DNA of 64,000 bases, taken from Cetorhinus maximus. Taxonomy: Eukaryota. A program made the position numbers and the translations under genes. The stretch is taken from positions 24,862,001-24,926,000 of the forward strand of contig NC_135884.1 in the NCBI RefSeq assembly GCF_964194155.1, given 5' to 3'. Positions 47,060-60,000 of the stretch are shown here, piece by piece (position 1 is the first letter of the stretch; each line of letters begins with the position of its first letter). Under the pieces are notes generated by a model. It was not told the DNA's origin. It saw only the letters and a list, made by a program, of their open reading frames with translations, and did not search any database.

Positions 47060-48050
47060 GACCAAGCCCGGGCATGACTCCTGGGCATGCGCGTGACGTC
47101 AGACGGTCATCACTTCCTGGTTACGAAACAAACGGGAAAGGCGGCGGGGGCGTCCCCTCTGGGCGCCGCTGGAACCGCAGGGGCGCTTGCTGGGGCCCGG
47201 AACCTTTGTGTCACGTTCCCGTGGCGGGTACGTGGTCTTAGACGGACGGACAGGAAACTGATGGGGGGGAAAGAGGAGGAGGAGGAGGAAGAGGAGGGTG
47301 GTTGGGGGAAATGAAGAGGATGTAGGATTGGCGGCGGGATGATGAGTACTAAACAGGTGACATGCAGGTACTGAGCCTCTTGAATCGTGTCTCGGCTCGG
47401 GGAGGCGGGGAGGGCTGGTGGTCCGGGGCTAAGGGGTTTAAGTAGCGGGACTGGCGGCTCCCTCCCGGGCTACCCGCCGCCGTCAGGTTGTGGGGGGGTG
47501 GGGGTGTGGGTGTAAGGGAGGGCCAGGCCTTCACCTCCCTCCCCCCCGCTTTCAGCACCGAACAAACTCCCTCAGCACAAAGAACTGTTGAACGCTGGAG
47601 AGGGTCAGGCTCACTTTTGACCATTTGCTGCATAGGAGCGATTTTTTAAAAATATATATTTGAAAGAAATGGTGTGCTAGGGGTTAAATATTAAATAGCA
47701 ATGTTGGCCAAATACTTTGATTCTGTCTGTACTTTTATTCTGGCTGGTTGAACGTGTTTTAAAACTGATGTTACTGACTTGCCTGTTAAACTCATTTACT
47801 GCTAAAGCCGCCGCCGTGGACTTTCTTTAAGATTTACTTGCGGGACCGAATGCCCGTCTTCTGACCCATCAGGAACTTTTACACACTTGGAACTGTGGAA
47901 TTGGCGTCGCCCCACTCCCCCGCCAAAAAAGAAAAACAATTCGCAACCGCAGCGTCTTGTTCAACTCCGAGCTTAAACTCGTAGGCAGTCCGACGCAAAG
48001 ACTGCCGATTTCCGCCGATAGGATATCGTCTAAATCTGTCTCGCTCATCT
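47060..48050. promoter_or_regulatory. MKRN2: CpG island / MKRN2 promoter and first exon
   Basis: Dense CpG; NRF1-like GCATGCGCG (47085-93), perfect CRE TGACGTCA (47094-47101), ETS CACTTCCTG (47111-19), GC box GGCGGGG. Confidence 0.8.
47342..47367 (+). CDS. MKRN2: MKRN2 coding exon 1
   Basis: ATG AGT ACT AAA CAG GTG ACA TGC AG|GTACTG (MSTKQVTCR). Confidence 0.92.
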
Positions 48051-51000
48051 GTTGCTGAAATTCTCGTCTATGCTTTTGTCACCTCTTAATTCAACTATTC
48101 CAAAGCTCTCTTGGCCACCCTCCCCCCCACCACTCACCAAGTGGGGCTTTTCCAAAATTTTGATGTCCATGTCCTGTTCTACACCAAGCCCTGTTTGCCC
48201 ATCATTCTTCTACTGATTCCAGCTCACGTAAATTCACCCCTCGCTTTGTCGCGTCGTTTCTGTTGGTGCTTTCAGCTGCCGAGGCCCAGGATTTACCCTT
48301 AAATAGAAGTACATTCAAGGAGATTTATTTAAGGCCTTCCTTGAAAGCCACTCTTTTGACCAAACTTTGAGAAACACCTCCTAAATATCTCCGTTGGCTA
48401 GGTATCTATTTTCAGTGTGGTTAAAAGACAACTGAGGACCAAACGTTAAGCGTATAACATACTACTTTAATAACATTTAGTCTCTTTAGATAAGTACAAT
48501 TTCCCTTTAAATCAAGTTTTACATTAGAGGTTGCATCGTGTATATAGCACAGAAACAGGACATTTGGCCCAACCAGTCCATGCCCTGTTGTTTATGCTGC
48601 ACTTCAGCTCCTCCTGTCTTTACTCATCTACGTTTTATCCCTATTCCCTTCTCCCCATGCTTGTCAAGCCTCCCCTTAAAGACATCTACATTACTTCAAC
48701 CACCCCTCTGGAGTAGCAAGTTCTGCATTCTTGCCACTCTTAGGGAATTCAGAAGAAAATTCTTTACCCAATTTGATTTCTTGATGGCTATCATATATTG
48801 ATGAGTCTCTAGCTTTGCTTTTTCCCACAAGTGGGTATATTCTCTTCTATGCTTACTCTATCAACACTTTGCATAATTTGAAAGAATTAAATTAGGTGAC
48901 CCTCCCCCTTCTCCTTTCAAGAGAAAAAACCCAGACTGTTCATTTCAAATTATTGGTACTTAAATTTAACAGTTGACTTACAGTACACAACAATGGACAC
49001 TCCCAACACTAACATTTCTGTAACAGTTTGTAACTGACATGGATTCGTAACATCCCAACTAAATATAACTGTAGACTATTTTGTGGAGGGTTGAAATCAA
49101 AGATTAATACCATTATAAAGCAATATGTTTAGGGATCAATGAGCAAGAAATTTGAGGCAGCACTTCATAAAATGTAAATTAGCATGAGTTGAAGCAGGCT
49201 ACATAACATTTGTTTACATGTGTATGAATGCTTTTGTAAAATATAAAATCACACTGGTGATTAGTGTAATGATAGTGTGATAGCTATTTACAGATGCCTT
49301 TTTTTTGTTTTTGTGTGCGTTTATTTTGTCTGCTCCTCTTTTCAGATAATTCTAAAAACAATGGTGTATAACCTGTTTGATGACTCAAACATTGTCCTAT
49401 GTGTTTATATAGTTAACAGGAGTAAAATGGTCTAAAGCCTATTAAATAATTCTGTTTAGATATTTTATGCATGGGATCTGCCGTGAAGGGAGCCGGTGTA
49501 TGTTTTCCCATGATTTGTCGACAAGCAAGCCATCGACAATCTGCAAGTTCTACCAGAAAGGACAGTGTGCCTACGGAGATCACTGTAGGTAGGGTTCCAG
49601 TGATTTTGCATTTTTTAAACAAATATTGTACAGCTGCTACTAAATAATTTTGGGAAATGAATTGTTCAATTCAGGGTCAAGTAGATGAGACTCATGCTCG
49701 CTACTGTAAATTTGAAGCTAGCCAACATTGTTTTCCTACGCAAATAAACACCTTGTAGACTCTTTGGCCCTCTCTCCCTCAAAATTATTGCGTAAATCTG
49801 AATACGTTGCCTAATTGTCTGCATGTGCTTTTCCAGGCTCTAACCTATTCATTTCTACCTTTTTTATTTGTTCATGGGATGTGAGCATCACTGACAAAGC
49901 CAGAACTGGCTGCCCATCCCTATTTGTCCTGGAGAAGATGGTGGTGAGCCACCTTCTTGAACCGCTGCAGCCCATGTGGTGCAGGTACACCCACAGTGCT
50001 GTTAGGAAAGGTGTTCTGGGATTTTGATAAAAGCAACATACTGTGGATGCTGGAAATCTGAAATACAAAGAGAAAATGCTGGAAAAACTCTGCAGGCCTG
50101 ACAGCATCTGTGGAGAGAGAAATAGGATTAACGTTTCGAGTCTGTATGACCCTTCTTCTGTATGACCCAGGATTTTGACCCTGGTTCCAAGGCAGGCTGG
50201 TGTATAACCTGGAGGGAAACTTTCAGGTGGTAGTGTCACCATGCGTCTGTTGTCCTTGTCTCTCTAGGTGGTAGAGGTCGAGGATTAAAACTTTTCTTTT
50301 TATTTCTTGACTCAAATTTTTTCTCATGTTTTAACAACATCCATATTCTTGGTTGATATGAGACTTTAGTGCCAAGAGCAGTGCACCATCATTAAGTTCC
50401 TGAACTTTTTTCTTTCGTTTTAATAAAGGGCTCATGGTATTTGTTTTCTTAAGGGAGTGTGAGCTGAGTTTGCTTCTGGCCAGCTGTGAGCAATAACCCC
50501 TATCTAAGACCACCTTCTAAAATAAAATATTGCGTGCGCACACACACAAACAGGATGGCTGGAGCATTTGCTACAATCTTCAGCCAGAAGTGCCAAGTGG
50601 ATGATCCAACTCGGCCTCCTCCAGAGGTCCCCAGCATCACAGATTCCAGTCTTCAGCCAATTCAATTCACTCCACGTGATATATAGAAACAGCTGAATGC
50701 ACTGGATACGGCAAAGGCTTTGGGCCCTGACAACATTCTGGCAATAGCACTGAAGACTTGTGCTCCAGAACTTGCCATGCCCCTAGCCAAGCTGTTCCAT
50801 TACAGCTACAACACTGGCATCTACCCGGCTATGTGGAAAATTGCACAGGTTTGTCCTGTACACAAAAAGCAGGACAAATCCAACCCGGCCAATTACTGCC
50901 CCATCAGTCTACTCTCAATCATCAGTAAAGTAATGGAAGGGGTCATCAACACTGCTATCAAGCGGCACTTGCTTAGCAATAACCTGCTCACTGATGCCCA

Positions 51001-54000
51001 TTTTGGATTCCGACAGGGCCACTCAGCTCCTGACCTCATTACAGCCTTGGTTCAAACATGGACAAAAGAGTTCAACTCCTGAGGTGAGGTGAGAGTGACT
51101 GCCCTTGATATCATGGCAGCATTTGACTGAGTGTGGCATCAAGGAGCCCTAGCAAAACTGGAGACAATGGGAATCAGGGGGGAAACTCTCCTGGTTGGGG
51201 TCATACCTAGCACAAAGGACGATGGTTGGGATTGTTGGAGGTCAGTCATCTCAGCTCCAGGACATCACTGCAGGAGTTCCTCAGGGAGCCCTTGGCCCAA
51301 CCATCTTCAGCTGCTTCATCAATGACTTTCCTTCCATCATAAGGTCAGAAATGGGGATGTTCGCTGATGATTGCACAATGTTCAGCACCATTCGCGACTC
51401 CTCATTCTGAAGCAGTCCATGTCCAAATGCAGCAAGACCTGGACAACATCCAGGATGGGCTGACAAGTGGCAAGTAACATTTGCACCACACAAGTGCCAG
51501 GCAATGACCATCTCCAACAAGAGAGAATCCAAGCACCTCCCCTTGATGTTCAATGGCATTACCATCACTGAATGCCCCTCCAAGTCACTCACCATCCTAA
51601 CTTGGAAATATGTCGCTGTTCCTTCACTGTTGCTGGGTCAAAATCCTGGAACTCCCTTCCGAACAGCACTGTGGGTGTACCTGCAGTACATGGACTGGAG
51701 CAGTTCAAGAAGGCAGCTCACCAACACCTTCAAAGGCAACTAGGGATGGGCAATAAATACTGGCCCAGCCAGCGAAGCCCACATCCTGGATGAATAAAAA
51801 AAAACCTGGACAGCCAAGTATAAACGTCACGCCTTTCTCCGAAACATCTTGTGGTCGCTGAAGATACAGAAAGCCCGAACGCGTCTACCCTGACAAAGTG
51901 ACATGAATCCGTGAAAGCATGGTAATAGAAAGGCTTGAAAATATTTATTGGTATGAAATGTACTCCTTGTATTTTCAAGTTCTGCAAAGGAGTGGCATTC
52001 TGGGAATTGCCTGATAATGTTATTGGTATAACAAATGACAAAGTCTTGTTAAATGCTCGCATACTTTAACCACCTTAGCGTATTCATCTATTTTTAGACC
52101 CTTTTGCTGTTAAAGGGAAAAAAAAGCCTCAATGGTTTTATTCTCTTTGCCTTTTCTTGTCACCGCTACCGAGGTCTTTCTCTCCCTTCCAACTTGCAAA
52201 ACCCTCCTGATAGCCCCCCGTCCTGACCAGCCTTACTTTCCTGCCAAACCTTTGCAACTCGAAAGTCAATGAGCTGCCCCTAAACACCCAATTTGAGCAG
52301 GTAGCTGGATAGCAGTTGTTAGCAAAAACCCAGCAGGTAAAATTGATTGAAGCTCCTGTTGCAGCTGCCTAGTAGGCGGCCTGCCTCTCCCACCAGCTTT
52401 TGGCCTGCAATTTAAAATTTCCCCTTTTATATCAGGTAGGTGATATTTGGGATTAGGTTCAAAGGGTGTGTTGTTCACCAGTGGGCCTAATTGTGTGATG
52501 ATACAATGTGGATGGTGTCTAACTACATTCTGTTCTCCATTGATAAGATATGACCATGTGAAACTTCCTGGATCTAGAGCAGTGGGACCAGTAATCTCTA
52601 GGGTCACCTGCACACCTGTTGTTCACGATGCAATTGCAGAACCTGCCACTGCAGAACAGACTGTCCCAGTCAAAGTTACTGAATCAGGAAGATGTAAGAA
52701 GAAAACGCTTGAACTAAAAGATCGAGGTGAGTAAAAAATGGGGCTGTGTATAGGTTGTGTGTCCGTTTTCACTTGAGTTTCTTGTTCCACTGAGTTTTCA
52801 GATATTTTGCTACCCAAAACCATAATTGTCTCCCAAAATGAGGAAATTCCAGATGTCTCTTATTGCTGCTTTTGGCACAAATAGTGAAATCCGAGAGGTT
52901 GCAGAGAGTTTATGCCACTGGTCAATTCCTTATCCTCCATTCCCTCGGTTCCATCTTGCCATATTTTCAGAAGTTTCCTAAAAACTCTCCTCTTTGAGTA
53001 CATTTGCAGCTCCACATCCGTGTTGCCTTTTTTGGTTTCGGTGACATCATCCGAAAGCATGCTGTCTCTCGACCCCTCCGCTTTGTCCATTTTGTCCAAC
53101 ATCTAGCTTTAGATGAGATAAAATATCCTCCGTTTAACCATTGGGCAGCACAAAGACCGCCACAGATGTATCTCAGATGATGTTTAGTATCTGTGTTTCG
53201 GCAGTTACTAGAAATTGGGCAACAGAAATAATTAGAAGTGCCAACTAATTACCACTTCATTAGTTCCGATAGCGTAAGTTTCTTTTGCTGTGAGATTTTA
53301 ACTCATAGTGTAAATTTTCTGTTATGAGCTTCAATGGATGCAAGTATAAAGCAGAATCTATTGGACTAAGATTCATTTGTCTACGAAGACATTGGCAGCT
53401 CCGGTTTTATTGCTAAATCCAGAAACACCAAGGATTTTGGTTTGTTGTAAGACTTGTTTCCATCCACTAGAGTGAGCTAGATAGATCATGTGTTGGTCAT
53501 CAGCATTGCTTACTTTTTATGTGAATTAAGGCTGAACTCTTAACTCAAAATATTCCTTTTGTGCGTCCAAAAAATAAAGTATGAAAATAATTAATATCCA
53601 TTTATGAAATTGAATATTTTCATACTGAAGAAGCACTACTCTTCTGGACCATGCCAAATCTTGCTTTTGTGCAGCAGGACTTCTGTTTATCAACAGAGAA
53701 CGAACTCAAATAAGTAGCATCTGGTGAGAGTAGCAGTGCAGAGGAAATTTTAAGTGGGATTTTCCTTGTGCCTTTGTTCAGTTTTAGAACTTTGTGGTCC
53801 AATGCTACCACAGAAGCAGTATGCATTTTGTTTTAAGTATGCATTTTTTGTTTTAGATGGACTAATGTCCTGTAGTTCTTCAGTCTTAGTACTTGCATGA
53901 GAAAATGAGAAGCAGGATGAGCATTAGCTGACTTACTCCATCCATGCAAACACATTTGCTCTTAATTAGCAGGGACAAAACTCTGATTGCACAATTTGTG

Positions 54001-57000
54001 TGAAAACATGGCATAAAAGTCTTTTTGAACTGTCATGTGCTGGCAGAATTGATATTCAGAGGATAAGTTAAATTGGAGCAATGCTGATAATTATTGTCCA
54101 TCAGTTGTCATTGTAGTAATTATTGTCAACATATTCTAATCTAACCAACATATTCTTTATTTTATGGATGCTAAAACAGGGAGGAAAGTAGTTCAACATA
54201 TTTTTTCTAAAGCAAGCTCTGAATGAGTGCCAGTGAACCATCACTGATTTTAAAAAGTGTAAAGTCTAAGGATTAGATTTTATTTGGTGTGCTGCTTAAA
54301 TCAATTTTTGTCACCATCTGACCTCTGCCATGCCATCTGAGAAACTGGCGCTGAGCAAAACCATCTCATCAGAGGGTGAAACTTTTTTCCAGTTCTATTT
54401 ATAGAACTTCCCAAAGAGCAACATAAATTATTTAGATTTGTTTATAATTTATTAACCCGTACTGTAGCCATGGGATCCTAAGAATGCTGGACCTGGCTCT
54501 TGTATTCCTTCTACCTGTGCCACGTAGACCACACACAGATCATAATTTAAACAGAATGATACTTGCACCCCAACCGCACATATAATCTATTTTTTGTGCA
54601 TAAGGTGGTCACTCATTCCTCATTCTTCAATCTCCAGAATACCTGCTCATTCAGTTCTGCATCTTATCTGTTATTGTGCCTCTTTGATCAAGGTTTCAGC
54701 TTAATTTCATTAATGTTTTCTGAAATTATTTGTTTTATGTTTTTTTTCCTTGGTTTATAAGCTCAGTTAGAGGGGTTGGGGAGGAGATCTTAAGGGCAGT
54801 GCCCATTTCTGTATTCCATAATGTCTGCTAACCATGATCCGATAACTTTTAAATGCATTTCATGCTGCAACTTTTTTTGGGCTTATTCTTCTCTTTAGAC
54901 CTTTGCAACCGAGCAGCAGAAAAATCTAAATTGTTTCCTTTCCCACCATCTTACTGCAACACTACAAAGACTGCATCGCCTTTCTCTGACTCAGCAAAGT
55001 TTGTTTATGAAGATGTCCCAGTGAAGCCGCCGTCATATTTGGACGCAGTTCGCAGTGGACTGGATGTTTCAGCATCAGTATGCAGCAATAATTCTGCACA
55101 GCAGCTGTGCCCTTTTGCAGCAGTTGGTGAATGTCATTATGGTGACAGCTGTTTATACCTTCATGGGGATGTGTGTGAAGTGTGTGAACTGCAAGTACTG
55201 CATCCAACTGACCTTGAGCAACGTAGAGCACATGAACAGGCAAGTGTAGGTCAAAGTAAGATGCTGTTCAATGGCTTGGATATACCCCTGAACTATTAAA
55301 ACTGTTTCTTCCACATTCAGCAGCTACATCTTGATCTAGTTATTGCCAACTTAGTTTAATGAATTCAACTTTAAACTATGCTAACTGAAAGAATTTACCT
55401 TTAAACTTCACCATGAAATAAAATTACTGAAATTTCACCCTAAAGCACTGACTTTAAACAAAAAAATTGGCGTAACAAAAAGTGCTGAAAATGAGTGGTG
55501 GCAGTATTTCTTGTAAAATTCATGCCTCCCCTTTTTCTTGGGTTTATTGATTTTTCAATGATTTTGTTTGAATTTTATTGATATGTTTTACTGCATGTTT
55601 CTCATCCAAATGAATGTAAAAATGGTGTCTAATATGTATTATCTATCTAAATATAAAGTATTATGTATAGCATATATTCCCTGTAATACTTTCCCCATCA
55701 CAATTTAAAACCTCATTTGTTATGCTACAGCAAATGCACAAACCACTGCGAGCAAAGCAATGTGAGATCTGCTACTTTACTATAAATTGAAAAGAAAAAA
55801 CTTGCATTTAACTAGTACCTTCCATAACCTCTGGACATTCCAAAGCATTTGCAGCCAAGGAAGAACTTTTGAAATGTAGACCTGATGTAATGTTGGGGAA
55901 TTTGCATGCATCAAGTTTCCACACACAGCAATGAGATGATCAGATAATCTGTTTTTAGTGATGTTGGTTGAAGGATAATATTAGCCAGGACATCAGGAGA
56001 ACTGCTCTGTTCTTGTTAGGATAGTAGCATGGGATCTTTTGCATTGCTCTGAGTGCCGGTGTCAGCCAAGATAGATTATGTACTGAAGTCTGTGAAGTTG
56101 CACTTCAGAAGCTGAGCACAAAAATCAAGGCTGACACTCCTGCGCAGTACCGTGGGAATGCCACACTGTCGGAGCTGCTGTGCTGTCTTTCAGTTGAGAC
56201 GCTAAATCGAGGCCCTGTCTGCTCCCTCTGGCAAATGTAAATGAGTCTCTGGCACTATTTTGGAGAACTTCAGAGGAGTTCTCTCTGGTGTCCTGGCCAA
56301 TATTTATCCCTCAGTCAACATCAGAAAAACAGATTATCTGCTTATTATCACATAGCTCTTTGTTGGAGTTCGCTGTGTGCAAGTTAGCTGCAAGTTATTT
56401 GCTACATTACAATAGTGACTATATTTCAGGAGAACTTAACTGTTTGTAAAGTCCAGTGGTTATGAAAGGTGTATGTTTGGGTCTCATAACCTGAGCCAGA
56501 GATGAGAATGCTAAAGCTGACAGTTAAAATTGTGTTGAAATATTTGTTTGTACACTGTGGTTAAAATGTATAAAAGACTTTTGTTGCCCAACTAATACTG
56601 ACTAGGACCTTGCGCCACTGAACCTTTCACTGGTGAAAGGCTTTCACAAGGCTGGTGCAGTACTGCTGAGTTCAGTAATTCCTCCTCCCTCCCTCCCAAT
56701 TTCTCCTTTCGTTCTCACTATTCCTTCCTGCGCTTGGTGTTTCTTTGTTGATGTTTTACCACAAATAAAATAACAAGATGCACAACACCTTGAGTAAACA
56801 GGAACTAGCTGGAAACTTTGCCATAATGGAGAAAGGCACAGGTGTGCCACCAGACAAAGATAGTATTAGGTCTGTTGGCTGAGAAATTTATTCAGTTTGC
56901 TCAGAATATGTGCCCCATAAATGCTGACTGTTGCCTTTCTATTTCATTCAGATGTGTCTCATTGCCTTTGAGCAAGATATGGAGAAAGCCTTTGCTGTGC

Positions 57001-60000
57001 AAAAGAGTCAAGATAAAGTCTGTAACATTTGTATGGAGATAGTCTATGATAAAATGATACCATCCGAGAGAAGATTTGGAATTCTTTCTGACTGCATTCA
57101 CCCATATTGTCTATCTTGTATTAGACAGTGGAGATGTGCAAAACAGTTCGAGAATAAAGTAATCAAGTGAGTGTAACTAGTTTGACAGATCAATAAGTGA
57201 CAACTTTTAACTATTGATATGCACATTACAATCAATTTTATGGTCTACAAAACAAGCAGCCAGCAATTTTAATGAGGCTTCCTAAAGGATACAAACATTG
57301 ACAAGGTGGAGAGTTTTCTTGAACATGTCAAGGATAATGCTGTTGGCATTTATGTTGTATGTAATTTGGAGAATGGTAAAATCCCAACAAAAGCAGAAAA
57401 AAATCCCTTCTTTATACCAGGCTAGTCTGATTATTATATACCAGTTACACATATGAAATTGGATACTTTGAAGTTAGTCAGGCCTTTGACCAGCACTGCA
57501 CATATGTATGTGTGTGAAATATGTTTTTTTAAGTGGGATGTCCATTATAACTTTTTATTAAAAGCTCTTCAACCCATGGGTATAAGTCATAGATATTGAT
57601 CTTGGGGGTATCATTACCATTATTGATGTGGGCTAATTCCTTGAAGCACTTCATCTAAGAGGCATTGATTTGTAACAGAGATTCCAACCTTTTCTTGTTC
57701 TGTCTAGGAAAGCACGGGCAAGTTTAAATATGCTCTGTACCGACTAAACAGTGCTGTGTACTAGCTAGTCATAATATTGGATCCATTGATACAGGAAGAA
57801 TGGAACTAATAGAATTTCCTGCCCTTAAATATTCTGTGTTAGATATCAAGATCCAGAGAAGCTTTTAAACTATGTAGATGGATTCTATTTTAGAGAAAAT
57901 TCTTCCTCCCCCGATCCTTTGATGGCCTAATGCATAACAGTACTGTCGATGTCTAACAGTAAGTGATCAAGACCAGAAGGTGTCTGGTTCGATTGTGTGA
58001 CTGTATTGAGCCAGAGTATCAGTTGGAATACTACATTTATCTTCAGTGCTTCTGGACTAAGGAGGGAAAAAACATCCATGGTTTCTGTGTATTTAATTAT
58101 ACATTTGAAAGGTTCCGATAAATCCATGAAGTGTGAGGTCTAAGCTAAAGCAGTTTGTGCATATCCTCTGAACCCGGAGAATGAATTAAACTTTTAATGT
58201 GCTCCAAGGTGGCTCCATTGTAGCATTTTTAAAAAATTCTGATGAGATGTGCTCATTGCAAATGAGCTGGCTGACTGCTGAGAACCTTTCTGCTTTTGCT
58301 GTTCAACTTTAAAGATAATGGCCGCAGTCTAGTTTGACAGGAAATTACTGATTATGTTGTGCTGTAATGCAGAGGATCCCAAACTTTCTTTTTGCTGAAT
58401 CCCTCTTTGGAGATTCATGTTCCATTCATGCTCCTCCCCCTTTTTCTAAAGAACAGTATTTTGTAGTCCCCAAGAAACTGACTCTGCCTTCAGTTATGTA
58501 GGCACCATGTACCTCAATCATCTACTTCAAGGATCTCTCTTTTCATATCAGTCAGGAGATGCTACAGAAATATCTTTCACTGTAACTAATGTAGGCTTGC
58601 ATAGTGAGATGAAATACATTATCGGGTGATCTCTGCACAAGATATTTGACTGTCCACAGATTTCAGGAAGTGGACATTGAACCAATCAGCTGCTTCTGGC
58701 ACCCTTACAATCTCTACTCAATTAAATGTGTTAAAACTTTGCATCTTGTGCATATATATGTGTAATTAGGATATTAGGGATGTATCTATAAATCAAATCT
58801 GCTAATTCCTTCAATTCTGCATTTATATTTTTTGACTAAATGCTTTAGCATTTTATATGTTGCACATCTAATGTTCCATTTAAAATCTCTCAATTTTTTT
58901 TTAAAAAAATTGCCTTTTTAGGTCCTGTCCTGAGTGTCGAGTAGTGTCTGAATTTGTGATCCCTAGTGCTTATTGGGTGGAGGATAAAGAGGAAAAGGAC
59001 CAGCTTATTGAAGCATTCAAGCAGGGAATGAGGTGAGTTCTTACTTTATAAAATGGGTTATTAAATTTACACCTTGGGGATTGTTCAACATGTATGTAGT
59101 AAAGTCAGAATGAATCTGCTTAATAAGTTCATTTGAATTCTTTGAGGCAATGTTTTCCATTGGTTGTGTGGCAGACTTTCATATTCTTACAACTAGGAGG
59201 ATGTGATGTGGCTTGGCACGTGCCTTTCTGTTGAACTAGCTCTTGATTTACAGAAAAAAGTTAGATTATAAGCACCTCGGAATCAGAAGGCATTCAAATG
59301 TCTGAGACTGCACTTTTCTGTACAATATACTCTTAATATTAAGTTTTTCCATTTACAATATTTTTTTTTCTTACCTGGCCAGTCCAACTCGTGGATCTTG
59401 TTGATGCTTACAGTTAGCAGTGAGAGAAAGCAAGGAAAGTTGGGGAGATGGTAATATCCCAGTATCCACACAGCAAATAGAAGCTCTCTATTAGTTTCAA
59501 TGGAACCCGTTCATTTTATGCATATGCACGCTGGGAAATCCTCACTTCTACAAGCAGAGAGATGGCGGCGTAGTTGTCTAGTAATCCAGAGGCCCAGGCT
59601 AATGCTCTGGGTACATGGGTTCAAATCTCACCATGGCAGCTGGTAATAAATCTGGTATTATAAAGCTAGTCTCAATAATGGTGCCCATGACAACTAACAT
59701 CGATGTTGCAAACATCCATCTGGTTCACTAATGTTCTTTAGGAAAGGAAATCTGCCATCCTTACCTGGTCTGGTTTACATGTGACTCCCACACCACTGTG
59801 GTTGACTCTTAACTGCCCTCCTGAAAACCATTCAGTTCAAGGGCAATTAGGGGTGGGCAGCAAATGGCTGCCAGCATCCCATGAAAGAATATAAAATTCT
59901 GCTGCTAGAATAGTGCTGAATTCTGACATAAGCAAAGCTGATGTGAACAGAAGCATGACTCATTTGGATCCTGCTAAAAGCAGGGCATGCAGGCAAACTG

